From NCBI GenBank assembly GCA_963772725.1, contig CAVYYI010000005.1:192001-256000 (forward strand): a stretch of 64,000 nt of DNA. Reading direction: 5' to 3'. Position 1 is the first letter of the stretch; each line of letters begins with the position of its first letter. This document shows, piece by piece, positions 19,471-30,827 of the stretch. The position numbers and the translations under genes are program-made. Under the pieces are notes generated by a model. The model made no database searches, was not told where the DNA came from, and worked only from the letters and a program-made list of their open reading frames with translations. The DNA comes from an uncultured Phycisphaerales bacterium. GTDB lineage: Bacteria; Planctomycetota; Phycisphaerae; Sedimentisphaerales; Anaerobacaceae.

Positions 19471-19498
19471 TAGACGCTATTCGACGAAAAATATTACA
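19471..19498 (-). promoter_or_regulatory. Candidate ECF-sigma promoter
   Basis: TGTAAT-N16-CGTCTA on the minus strand upstream of 19407. Confidence 0.45.
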
Positions 19499-19537
19499 CT
19501 TTTTTTGCAAATCTTTACGATTTTTTCAAAATTTTTA

Positions 19538-19800
19538 TTATAACCACGAATTTAACCCGTGTCTGACTCTCTTAGTGCCTTTGAGCCTTCTTAGCGGTTG
19601 CCTTTTTTCTCCGGTTATATTAGGTTCAATATCATTTCCATTTGATTTAAAAGAAGTTATATCAAGGTACTCAAGCGACTTTATCTTTGCCAGATTGGCA
19701 AGTTCCTGGTCGGTTAGATTTGCATGCCATAAATCGACCTTTTTTAGTACAGGAATTACGGCAAGGAATTCTGCAAAACAAAAGCCCGATGCCCCGGCTG
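19538..19800 (-). pseudogene. Possible leucine-rich-repeat gene remnant
   Basis: LKKVDLWHANLTDQELANLAKIKSLEYLDIT resembles one LRR unit; no credible start. Confidence 0.35.
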
Positions 19801-19967
19801 CCCCTCGAAAATCTCCTACATACCCTCGATATCGAACATTTCTAAAATCATCCGCATCGTTTAGGAAATCCAAAACGATACCCAAACACGGAAATTACTT
19901 GCGTTTCAAGTTAAATTTGCTAATTAATGACACTCAGAAAAACCATTATTACTATTGAGGTGCGTTT

Positions 19968-20647
19968 ATGGGAATATCAGTTAAAAAAAGTGTTATCTGT
20001 ATAACAGTGACTGTGCTTCTGGTTATGCCGGCAATAGTGCATGCCGTCAATCACGATTCGAACGACCCAAACAAACTGGATTGGAGCAGGTGGGACGCCG
20101 TTATTAAAAATCACAACGACGCCAACGAATTATTGGAAGCCAAATGCCGCGCCGTTTTAACAGTTCTCGCCAACAAAGAATTCGACCATAAACAGAAAGA
20201 GCAGATAGTCGACAAAATCATGACCCCAATTTTTGATTTTCCGCTTATGTCCAAACTCGCGCTGGGAAGAAAAAATTGGCCTAAGCTAAACGAACAACAT
20301 CGCGAAAAATTCACAAACTTATTTGTCGAACGGTTAAAGAATTTTTATCTCGAAAAAATAACCCTCTACAAGGATGAAAAAGTATTATTCAAACCCGCGA
20401 CGCAAAAAAAGAACATTATCCAGATACCTATGGTGCTTGATATCGGATGGCAAAGAGACAGCCATACTATACAAGCTTCACAGGATGGACCAGGCCGGCA
20501 GAAAAACCAGCGAATACTGGAAAATCTACGATGTCGAAATAGAAGGCATCAGCATTCTAATGACATACCAGTCGCAATTCGATGATATTCTTCGCCGCGG
20601 CAGCCTTAATGACCTTATTGATCAGTTGGAAAACGCCGCCCAGCTAA
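19968..20647 (+). CDS. MlaC/Ttg2D/HpnM-family periplasmic lipid-binding protein (frameshifted)
   Basis: FDFPLMSKLALGRKNW and, in a second frame, WKIYDVEIEGISILMTYQSQF. Confidence 0.8.
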
Positions 20648-20671
20648 TGACAATTTGCTCAACGGATAATT

Positions 20672-23220
20672 ATGAAATATCGTTTACTGCCATATTTATT
20701 TTTCGACCGGGTGATTCTCAAAAATCCCGTCGATAGTACTTGTCTGCATGCTGGCAGCGGTCGTTTTTCTCGGGTTCGGGATCAAATATTTCAGGCTGGA
20801 CGCTTCCGCGGAAACTCTGGTTCTGGAGAATGACCAGGACCTCAAGTATGCCCGTCAGATTGATCCCGGTATGGAGGCAGTGACTTTCTTGTTCTGACGT
20901 TCACACCGAAAGACGACATCTTCTCGGACAGAACACTTGGATACACTGGGGCATCTTCGCGACGACCTGAAACAAATCAGCGACGTCGAATCTGTGCTGA
21001 CGATCCTGGATGTGCCTCTGCTGGAAAGCCCGCCGATTCCCCTCAAGGAAATGGGCATCCACGACCCGCACCCTCGAGTCACCCGACGTGGACAAGGCAT
21101 TGGCCAGAAAGGAACTAAAGGAAAGCCCCCTCTACAATGACCTTCTGGTCAGTCCCGACCTGAAAACCACAGCGATACTAATCACATTCCCCAACGATCT
21201 TCACTACGAAAACCTCGTGGAGCGACGAAACGCCTTGCATGAGAAGAGGGCGTCAGGTTCGTTGACGCCTGCTGAGCAGGTCGAGCTAAAGATTGTGGCC
21301 CGTCAGTTCGCTCAGTACCACGACAAGGTTCGTCAGCAGCGTCACGACGACATCATCGCCATCCGCGCAGATAATGGACCACTATCGCCAGGACGGCGCC
21401 TTGTTTCTTGGCGGGATGAGCATGATAGCCGACGACATGATAAGCTTCATCAAAAGCGACCTGCGGGTTTTCGGGACCGCGGTATTCCTGCTGCTGGTGC
21501 TCACTATCGCGAGTTATCTTCCGCAGAACCTACTGGGTCATCCTGCCCACTATTGACCTGTTTGGTTTCCGTAGCTTGCACTGTTGGGATTCCTGGGCTG
21601 GTTCGGCTGGGAAGTAACGGTCATCAGTTCCAACTTCATCTCCCTTCAACTGATCATTACGCTGGCCATGACCATCCACCTGATGGTCGGTACCGGGAGC
21701 TGGCTGCCGAACAACCCCAGGCCTGTCAGCACGAATTGATTCTCAGCACAATCCAGACTATGTGGCGGCCGTGCGTGTATTCGGGCCTGACCACAATGAT
21801 GGGTTTCGCGTCCCTGATATTCTGCAATATCCGGCCGATAATTAATTTCGGCTATATCATGGTCGTTGGTGTGGCAATTTCCATTATTGTGCCGTTCCTG
21901 CTTTTGCCGGCCGTGCTGGTACTTATGCCCAGAGACAAACCCTGGTCAAAACGCAAATCCAGGTGGTCGCTGACCCCTATGCTGGGCCGATTCACAATGG
22001 CCCACGGCACCTTGATTATCGTTGCCAGTGCCGTGTTGTTGTTCGTCAATATCGTTGGGAATACGCAAACTTCAGGTGGAAAACTGTTTTATCAACTACT
22101 TCAAATCGACCACCGAAATACACCAGGGGATGAAGGTCCTGGACCAGCAGCTCGGCGGGACCACGCCTCTCGATGTGGTCATTGACTTTGGACAGACCGC
22201 AGTCCGTCAGAAGCCAACCACCCAATACCGCGGTCAACACCGAGGATGTGTTCGATGAATTCGAGGATATCGAGACCGCCTCGCAGGAAACAAACACAAG
22301 TACTGGTTCACCCCCGATAAGATGGCCCGTATCGCCGCTGTGCATGACTATCTTGACAACCTGCCTGAAGCGGGAAAGGTGCTGTCGGTAGTGACTCTCG
22401 TAAGGATGATAGAGCGTGTCAACGACGCAAGCCCCTCGATAACATGGAACTGGCCTTATTGTTCAATAAGATACCTGATAAACTCAAGCAGATGCTCGTC
22501 AGGCCATACGTGTCAGTTGAGAACAACCAGGTTCGCGTCGCGGTACGTATCAAGGACTCCATCCCCTTCGTTGAACCGCAACGAGCTGCTCAAAAAAATT
22601 CGGACAGACCTGACCGACAAACTCGGCTTCAAGCCGGAGCAGGTACACCTGGCCGGTACGCTGGTCCTGTACAACAACATGCTTCAAAGCCTGTACACAT
22701 CCCAGATAGTAACTATGGGTTTTGCCACACTTGTCCCTAATGGGGACATTCGTCGTATTGTTCCGCTCCCTGCGGATTGCCGTTATCGCCATATTCCCGA
22801 ACATGCTGGCCATAAGCTGCGTCCTGGGCGTCATGGGCTGGCTGCATATTCCGCTGGATATGATGACTATTACCATCGCCGCCATTGGCGTCGGTCTCGG
22901 CCGACGATGACACAATACACTACATCCACCGCTTTAAGCATGAGGTCGAGACCGACGGCAGCTACCTCTCGCCCTGCACCGGTCCCACGACAGCATCGGC
23001 CATGCCATTTACTATACCACCATAACTTTAGTCATCGGGTTTTCCATCCTGTGCCTCTCGAATTTCATCCCAACAATATATTTTGGTCTGTTGACGGTCC
23101 TGGCAATTACCGTGGCCCTGTTGGCTTCGTTAACCCTGCTGCCGCAATTACTGGTACTTGATTAAGCCCTATGGCAAAGAGCCTAAGGCCAAGCATAATG
23201 AACAGGAGAATGACAAATGA
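20672..23220 (+). CDS. MMPL/RND-family exporter (many frameshifts; ends approximate)
   Basis: Fragments RLDASAETL, GGMSMIADDMISFIKSDL, LTTMMGFASL, LGGTTPLDV, IPLDMMTITIAAI, DDTIHYIHRF. Confidence 0.75.
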
Positions 23221-23985
23221 GATACTATTTCCTGATTATGATACGGCTTCTCAGCTTGGCCGGTTGCGCCTCTTCCGCCCGGAAAAATCCAAATTCGCCC
23301 ATTGCATCACCCACCGACGTCAATTCATCAGACGATGCCGACTTCAATGAATTTGAACCAGAGCTCGCCGAAAACCAAGTCGCCATTCCGGACCCCATCG
23401 AATCATGGAACCGGGCGATGTTCGGCTTAATGACAGATTTTATTTCTGGGTCGCAAAGCCAGTTATGCAGACTTATGAAAAAATAGTCCCGCAAACCAGC
23501 TCGCATCTGCGTTCGCAATTTTTTTGGAAATGTCACCACTCCCGTGCGTTTTGTTAATTGTCTTCTTCAGGGTAAAGGCCCACAGGCAAACAGAGAATTG
23601 CGCCGATTCGGTATAAATACCACCGTCGGCGTTCTCGGACTCGGCGACCCCGCACAAGACAAATACCACCTCTCCCCTACCAAAGAAGACCTCGGCCAAA
23701 CTCTCGCCGTACACGGCTTACACGATGGCTTTTATGTTGTCTGGCCCATACTTGGCCCATCAACTTTGAGAGATTCCGCAGGAACCATAGGCGATGCCTT
23801 CCTAAATCCCGTCCATTACGTTAAACCCACCGAAGCTTCCATCGGCATCTACGCATCCGATTTCGTCAACACCGGCTCATTCCACATCGGAGACTACGAG
23901 TCCGTTCAAGTCCGCCTCCGTTGACACCTATATAGCAATCCGCCAGGCATATATCCAATACCGCACCAAACAAATCAAAGAGTAA
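23217..23985 (+). CDS. MlaA/VacJ-family lipoprotein (frameshifted)
   Basis: LAGC lipobox, DPIESWNR, RFGINTTVG, EDLGQTL, P+LGPSTLRD. Confidence 0.85.
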
Positions 23986-24284
23986 CTATATGAATATTTC
24001 TGAACCATTCCGCATCGTTTAGCCGTGGCACCTGCCTGCACTGAACAACTCCCCTGCCCGCAGGTGGCGGAGTAAGATAACTTACGGCGGTGAGCGGCAA
24101 GGATAATAGTTTTCAGTCGTGAGTTCGCCGCAGCGAATCTTCTATTTGGGATTTTGAGTTAGAAAAATCAAGGCGGTTAAACGGTTTAGGTAAAAAAACG
24201 GCATAGACCTTGCTATTTTGGTGTGGTTGTGGTAGATTCTGTGAAAATCAAGCTGAAACGCCATATTAAGGAACAGCATCGGAT

Positions 24285-24806
24285 ATGAAGGTAATTTTGG
24301 ATTCGGGACAAATCGGGCAAATCCTCGAGGATTTGACAAATCGTGTTATTTCTCAGATACCCAAAGGGCAGGATATCGCGGTAATCGGGGTTCGCAGTAG
24401 GGGTGAAATCATCGCGCAGCGGCTGGCAAAACGCCTGTCAAAAAAGCTCAGCAGAAATATTCCCTGTGGAACGCTTGATATTACGCTGTACCGCGACGAC
24501 CTGAATTCGCCGCAAAAGTACGCGCAGCCGCAGGTGCGGGCGACGGAAATCGGCTTCGATATCGACGACAAAATAATAATACTGGTCGATGACGTTTTAT
24601 ACACGGGCAGGTCAACGCGGGCGGCGATGGATGCGCTTATCGACCTTGGCAGGCCGAAAGCAATCCGGCTGGCGGTTCTGGTTGAACGGATCGGCAGGGA
24701 GTTTCCGATACAGGCGGATTATTCAGGAATCAAGGCGGACGTTTCGCCGGAAGAATCCGTGCAGGTTAATCTCGTGGAATCCGATGGAAAAGACGAGGTA
24801 GTATGA
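24285..24806 (+). CDS. pyrR: PyrR regulator / uracil phosphoribosyltransferase
   Basis: LDITLYRDD, LVDDVLYTGR, REFPIQAD. Confidence 0.95.
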   Translation: MKVILDSGQIGQILEDLTNRVISQIPKGQDIAVIGVRSRGEIIAQRLAKRLSKKLSRNIPCGTLDITLYRDDLNSPQKYAQPQVRATEIGFDIDDKIIILVDDVLYTGRSTRAAMDALIDLGRPKAIRLAVLVERIGREFPIQADYSGIKADVSPEESVQVNLVESDGKDEVV

Positions 24807-24825
24807 ATCAGCGTATACTAAAGAT

Positions 24826-25778
24826 ATGACACAGCAATTAAATCGAATGGACCCGCAAGCATCTGCTTGGTCTGCGAGAGTTAAGCGCGGAGGAAATCAC
24901 TTATATTCTCGACACCGCCAAAGGCTTCGAGGAGATAAGCACACGCTCGATAAAAAAGGCCCCGCCGTTGCGAGGCAAAGTCGTGGTGAATCTTTTCTTC
25001 GAGGACAGCACGCGGACGCGAAACAGTTTTACGCTGGCGGCCAGCCGGCTCAGCGCCGATGTTATCGAGTTTACCGAAAAGGTCAGTTCCGTCAGCAAGG
25101 GTGAGACGCTGCTCGATACGGCGAAAAATCTCGAGGCGATGGGAATCGATATTGTCGTAATCCGCCATAACGCCGGCGGTGTGCCGCAGCTTGTTGAGTA
25201 AAAATATCAACGCCTGCGTGGTCAATGCCGGCGACGGATTCTGCGAGCATCCGACACAGGGACTGCTGGACGTTTACACAATTCGCAAAATCAAAGGCAG
25301 CCTCGAAGGTCTCAAGATCGCGATAGTCGGTGACATCGCTCATTCCCGCGTTGCCCGCAGCGATATGTGGGCAATGACGAAACTCGGCGCCGAAGTGATA
25401 TTCGTCGGGCCGCCGACCCTGATGCCCCCGGAGGTGAGCAAGCTGCCGGTCAAGGTGAGTTATTCGCTCGATGAGGTGATTGAAAAAGTTGACGTTATAA
25501 ATATGCTGCGGATACAGTTCGAGCGGCAGGGCGGCAATCCCTTCCCCTCGGTGCGGGAGTATTCGCATTATTTCGGCCTGACGGTCGAGCGGATGAAAAG
25601 GCCAAACGCCGACATTATCGTGATGCACCCCGGTCCGATTAACCGCGGCGTGGAAATAGAAAGCGAAGTCGCCGACGGAGCAAACAGCGTTATACTCCAG
25701 CAGGTGAACAAACGGTTTGGCTGTACGAATGGCGGTACTGTTCCTGGTCAACCAGGCCGCGACAAATTAGCGAAGTAA
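24826..25778 (+). CDS. pyrB: Aspartate carbamoyltransferase catalytic subunit (frameshifted)
   Basis: FFEDSTRT, SKGETLLDT, EHPTQGLLD, GDIAHSRVARS, MHPGPINRG. Confidence 0.92.
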
Positions 25779-25781
25779 ATT

Positions 25782-27063
25782 ATGAATCAAACACTTTTGA
25801 TAAGAAATGGCCGTGTCATAGACCCTGCGAATAACATCGACAGGAAATGCGATATTCTTATTGTTGACGGGAAAATCGCCGAGGTCGGAAGAGTTGAACC
25901 GCTCTGCGGAAACGGTGATTGACGCGACGGGCAAACTGGTAACGCCCGGCCTGATTGATATTCACGTTCATTTTCGTGAGCCGGGAGACGAAGAAGAGGA
26001 AACCATCGCGAGCGGTTCGGCGGCGGCGGTGGCGGCGGGGTTTACATCGGTTGTGTGTATGCCGAACACAACTCCGCCTATCGAGAGTGAAACGGATGTT
26101 GAATATGTTCACCGCAAGGGCAGGCAGGCACGCAAAACTCATGTTTATGTGATGGGGGCGATCACGAAAAAGCGTGAAGGCGTTGAACTTGCGGAGATGG
26201 GTTTTATGGCTGAGGCCGGCGCCGTAGGTTTTACCGACGACGGCAACGGGGTTCAGAATCCGGCGGTAATGCTGAGGGCGATGAAATACGCTTCGATGTT
26301 CAATGTCGTGATTGCACAGCACTGTCAGGACGATAATTTTGTCGGTAACGGCGTGATGAATTCCGGCTACTATTCAACGATTCTCGGGCTGCCGGGAATG
26401 GACGCTCTCGCGGAAGAGGCGATGCTTTGGCGCGATATTCAATTAGTTAAAAAAACAAAGGTTCGCTATCACGCTCAGCATATTTCCACTGCCGGTTCAG
26501 TGGAATTGATACGCGCCGCGAAAAATATGAATCTCCCTGTAAGCTGTGAGGTAACGCCGCACCATCTGCTGTTGACCGAGGAAAGCTGCGCAGAATATGA
26601 TACAAATTATAAGGTCAGTCCCCCGCTGCGAACGGTCAAAGATATCGAGGCGATTAAAGAAGCTATAAAAGAAGGGCTGATTGACGCCCTGGCGACAGAC
26701 CACGCGCCGCATCTGCAGAGCGAAAAAGAGCTGGAGTTTCTGGCCGCACCATTTGGGATAGCCAGTCTCGAATGCGCGTTGGGTCTTTATATCAAGGCGC
26801 TTATCGAACCGGGAATCCTGGATTGGCCGGGCTTAATCAGGATGATGACGGAAAGGCCAGCGAAAATAATCGGAATCGACAAAGGCACGTTAGGCAGGGG
26901 CAAACAGGCCGATGTTACTATTATCGACCCGAATTATGAATATAAAATAGACGTCAATAAATTCATTTCCAAGAGCAGGAATTGTCCCTATCACGGCTGG
27001 CCGGTAAAAGGCAGGGCTGAAAAAACAATCGTCGGCGGCGAAATCAGATACAGCTCCAAATAA
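25782..27063 (+). CDS. pyrC: Dihydroorotase (frameshift near 5' end)
   Basis: LLIRNGRVIDP, DIHVHFREPG, CMPNT, CEVTPHHL, ATDHAPH. Confidence 0.93.
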
Positions 27064-27117
27064 CCGTGATTTCTTAACGCACTCATTTTCGCGCTTAATT
27101 TAGGCAAATTTTAGCGA

Positions 27118-28458
27118 TTATTTCCCAAAATGTTTTTTGATTTGGTTTGCGATTTGAGCGATGCGGATAAGGCAGAAAAGGATGGTTAAACGCAAATCTG
27201 AACCGGCGGCGGCATGGAACTGGGTGATTCTGTCGGCGGCGGCAGTTAAGTTGCCCATCGCGAAATAGACCGTCGCTGAATCCTTTAAGGCCTTTAAATG
27301 GCAGGGGTTAAGACCAACAGCGCGTTCAAAAGATTTTACGGCTTCATCGTACTGGCGGACGGACGTGTTGACCAGGCCGAGATAATAATAAACCTCCGCG
27401 TTTGTCGGGTCGATGTCGGATGCCTTGAGTAAACAGTGTGCCGCGTAGAGCGACTCATTTAATTCGAGAAACATAAGTGCCATTGAAATGAGGATTTCCG
27501 GATTTTCCGGTGAGAGTTCAAGTTCGCTGAGCAGATATGATTTGGCTGCGCCTTTATTGCCGCGCGTCAGGGCAAGCTGTGCGAGCCGGTAACGCGGGCC
27601 GGCCGATTCGCCGCATTGCATCGCGTCGTTAAATAAATTCGAGGCCTGTTCGTAATCGTCCCCGTTAAACGCGATTTCGCCAAGATAAAATAGTGCCGCG
27701 GAGGTGTCGGGCTTTAGTTCGAGGACACGATGGAATTTTTCCTTCGCTGATTCGATGCTGCCGGATTCGAGCTGCAATAATCCGAAATCGAGGATGACCT
27801 CTGTATCGCCTGGATTTGCGCGAAGCTCGATAAGGAAATATTCTTCAGCCTTTGTGAAATCGCCGTCAGACCAGCACGCCTGCGCGATTCGATAATTGAT
27901 TTGCGGATGGGTTGGTTCGAGTTCGGCGGTCTTTTGCCAGCATCTTATCGCTTTTTTGTATTGGCCTCGAATGAAAAGGCTGTTGCCGATATTGTAGTAA
28001 CACAGGGCGCAGTCGGGTTCAATCTGCTGGGCGAGGTAGAACATCTGCTCTGCCAAATCGTGCTGTTCCATTTCAGCATAGGTGATAATCCTGTTGCAAT
28101 AGCAGGGTTCAAAGGCTGGGTCGAGTTTTTCAATCTGCTCGAAAAGAGCGATGCCGCGGTCGTACTGGCCTGTGCGGGTGTAATCGACGGCCAGCGAATT
28201 CATCGTTTCAGGGTCCATGGGATTGAGTTCGAGGGCGGTTTCATATTCGCGGATGGCGTCCTCGAAGCGGTTAAGAGCGTCGAGTGCCAGGGCCTTATTG
28301 AAATGCAAAGCGCTGTTTGAGGGGTTTATGTCGATGGCTTCCTGCAGCTCGATGAGGGCTTGCGGGAGCTTGCCGTTTTCGTAAAGCTCAAAGGCCGCGC
28401 GGGCCTTGCTTTCGGCCTTATCGTAAGAGTCAAAATTTGTATCTTCTTCGAACATCAT
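27118..28458 (-). CDS. Tetratricopeptide-repeat protein
   Basis: Multiple 34-aa repeats ending in A.EL.P. Confidence 0.85.
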   Translation of the reverse strand: MMFEEDTNFDSYDKAESKARAAFELYENGKLPQALIELQEAIDINPSNSALHFNKALALDALNRFEDAIREYETALELNPMDPETMNSLAVDYTRTGQYDRGIALFEQIEKLDPAFEPCYCNRIITYAEMEQHDLAEQMFYLAQQIEPDCALCYYNIGNSLFIRGQYKKAIRCWQKTAELEPTHPQINYRIAQACWSDGDFTKAEEYFLIELRANPGDTEVILDFGLLQLESGSIESAKEKFHRVLELKPDTSAALFYLGEIAFNGDDYEQASNLFNDAMQCGESAGPRYRLAQLALTRGNKGAAKSYLLSELELSPENPEILISMALMFLELNESLYAAHCLLKASDIDPTNAEVYYYLGLVNTSVRQYDEAVKSFERAVGLNPCHLKALKDSATVYFAMGNLTAAADRITQFHAAAGSDLRLTILFCLIRIAQIANQIKKHFGK

Positions 28459-28765
28459 AAACCATCTTTATTTCAATAGTTAGACTATAACTTTACGAAA
28501 AGTTTATCGCTCGATAAACCATGCGGAATTAGGCGTTTTTGGCGGATTGGGACGTTTTTTTATGTTGAATGAAATTTTGCTGGAAATTTTAAGTGTAACT
28601 TCTTATAATTACGAAAGTTAGCCTGAAGATGGCGAAATGACACCGGAGAAATAATCAGACTATATAACTGTTTTTCTGGAAAAGCAGCGGCGAAAGTCTT
28701 ATAATATCCAAAAATTTTGGATTAAATAAAATTCTCTATTAACCCATTATGGGAGAAGCTTAAAT

Positions 28766-29230
28766 ATGGTAAAGGAAATAAAAGGTCAGATAGCGGCGGG
28801 CAAAGGCAATTACGCGATTGTCGTGAGCAGGTTTAACGAATTTATAACGTCCAAGCTGGTGGCTGGCGCGGTGGATTGTCTTGAGAGGCATGGCGCGAAC
28901 GAAAAGCAGGTAACGGTAATTTGGGTACCGGGCGCGTGCGAGATTACAATGGCCTCCAAGAAACTCGCAAAGAGCGGGAAATTCGCGGCGGTACTTTGTC
29001 TCGGCGCGGTGATTCGAGGACAGACGCAGCATTATGATTATGTCTGTCAGCAGGTTGTAAGGGGTGTAGCCCAGATAAATTATGAATCCGTGGTGCCTGC
29101 GGTTTTTGGTGTGCTGACGTGCGATACGCTTGAGCAGGCTGTTGACAGGGCTGGGACGAAGATGGGTAACGCCGGCGCGGACGCCGCGATGACCGCGATG
29201 GAAATGGCCAGTGTGATGGAACAGATTTAA
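28766..29230 (+). CDS. ribH: 6,7-dimethyl-8-ribityllumazine synthase
   Basis: SRFNEFI, VPGACE, LGAVIRGQT.H, FGVLT. Confidence 0.96.
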   Translation: MVKEIKGQIAAGKGNYAIVVSRFNEFITSKLVAGAVDCLERHGANEKQVTVIWVPGACEITMASKKLAKSGKFAAVLCLGAVIRGQTQHYDYVCQQVVRGVAQINYESVVPAVFGVLTCDTLEQAVDRAGTKMGNAGADAAMTAMEMASVMEQI

Positions 29231-29253
29231 TTGTTCATTGAAAATTTATTATT

Positions 29254-29709
29254 GTGAAATTGGCAGACAATCTCTTGGAAAAAAGTCGGCAGATTGATAA
29301 GAGGACCAGGGCCAGGGCTTTGGCGGTACAATCCCTGTATCAGCTCGAAGTCCAGGGAGCCGGCTTGCTGGAGCAGCTTGGCAGTTTTCTGATTGAAAAC
29401 GAGCAGGAAGAGTCGGTGCGGGAACAGGCGATGGAATGGGTTAAAGGGACATGGGAGAACCTCAAGGAATGCGACGAGATGATAGCGGCATCAATAATCA
29501 GGTGGGACATGTCCAGGCTGTGTCTTGTGGATAAAAGCATATTGAGATTGGCCGTTTATCAGTTGCGGTTCTGTAAGGATGTACCGCCGAAAGTCGCGAT
29601 AAATGAGGCGATTGAGCTTGCCAAAACGTTCAGCACGGCGCAGTCGCCTGGTTTCGTTAACGGTGTGCTGGACGCTGTGATGAAAAAGTTAAAACCAGAG
29701 ATGCAATGA
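29254..29709 (+). CDS. nusB: Transcription antitermination factor NusB
   Basis: RTRAR, DKSILRLA, AINEAIELAK.F, FVNGVLD. Confidence 0.95.
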   Translation: MKLADNLLEKSRQIDKRTRARALAVQSLYQLEVQGAGLLEQLGSFLIENEQEESVREQAMEWVKGTWENLKECDEMIAASIIRWDMSRLCLVDKSILRLAVYQLRFCKDVPPKVAINEAIELAKTFSTAQSPGFVNGVLDAVMKKLKPEMQ

Positions 29710-30803
29710 GGATAATAGCGGTATTAAATCAAAAGGGCGGGGTGGGCAAAACCACGACGGTGGTTAATACCGCGGCGGCACTTGCCAATTTGGGGATGAG
29801 AGTTGCGGCGCTTGACCTCGACCCTCAGGCGCATTTGACGATACATCTGGGACTCGACCCTGAAACTATCGAGGCAGGCTCATATAAAGTGCTGACGCAG
29901 TCGGCGGACTTCGAGGGCGAGCTTCGACAGGTCAGGCCGAATCTTTGGCTTTTGCCGGCTAATATAAATCTGGTCGGCGCCGAGAGCGAGCTGGTCAGCG
30001 TGGTGGGGAGAGAAACGATACTTCGCGAGGCGATTAGTCAGGCCAGGGACAAGTTCGATTATATGATTATTGATTGTGCTCCATCGCTGGGGTTGCTGAC
30101 GCTTAATGCGCTTGCCGCCGCTGAGGAGATTTTGATACCGCTTCAGCCGCACTTTCTCGCGCTGCAGGGGTTTGGCAAACTTCTTCAGACAGTTGAGCTT
30201 GTAAATAAGAGAATCAACCCGAACCTCAGGGTCAAGGGTATTTTGCTTTGCATGTTCGACAGCAGGGCGTCGCTGATGAATGAGGTTAAGGCTGATATAG
30301 AGCAGTTTTTAAGCAGCGCCAGAGGCACAAACTGCGCATGGTCTCAGGCGGAGGTGTTGCCGGTTTGCATTCGCAGAAATATAAAACTGGCTGAAGCGCC
30401 GAGTTACGGCAAAACGATTTTCGAGTATGAGCCGGCCTGCAATGGCGCGGAGGATTACCGAAAGGTCGCTGAATTTATCCACAATCAAACGAAGCCTAAA
30501 CCGCCGGAACCACAACCGCAGGTTTCAGCAGAGCCTTTGGAACCACAACAAACGCAGGTTATTACAGAGCCGGTTGAACCTGAGCAACAGCAGGTTTCTA
30601 CAGAAGTGGTAGAAACGCAATCTCAGGCCGCAACGGAGCAGGTGCCGGTGGAACAACCGCAGGTGGTAGAACAACCACAGCAAATTCAGCCGCAGCCCTC
30701 ACGCCGCATAAAAGAATTTACCCCGAATTATCAAAAACCTAAACCACAAGCTGTTCAGCAGCCATTAGGCAACTCAACTCCGCAATCAAACATTAATATA
30801 TAG
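29706..30803 (+). CDS. ParA/Soj-family ATPase with a Q/P/E-rich C-terminal tail
   Basis: NQKGGVGKTT, DLDPQ, IDCAPSLG, LAEAPSYG. Confidence 0.9.
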   Translation: MRIIAVLNQKGGVGKTTTVVNTAAALANLGMRVAALDLDPQAHLTIHLGLDPETIEAGSYKVLTQSADFEGELRQVRPNLWLLPANINLVGAESELVSVVGRETILREAISQARDKFDYMIIDCAPSLGLLTLNALAAAEEILIPLQPHFLALQGFGKLLQTVELVNKRINPNLRVKGILLCMFDSRASLMNEVKADIEQFLSSARGTNCAWSQAEVLPVCIRRNIKLAEAPSYGKTIFEYEPACNGAEDYRKVAEFIHNQTKPKPPEPQPQVSAEPLEPQQTQVITEPVEPEQQQVSTEVVETQSQAATEQVPVEQPQVVEQPQQIQPQPSRRIKEFTPNYQKPKPQAVQQPLGNSTPQSNINI

Positions 30804-30827
30804 GCTATACTTATTTTGTTTGCGGGA

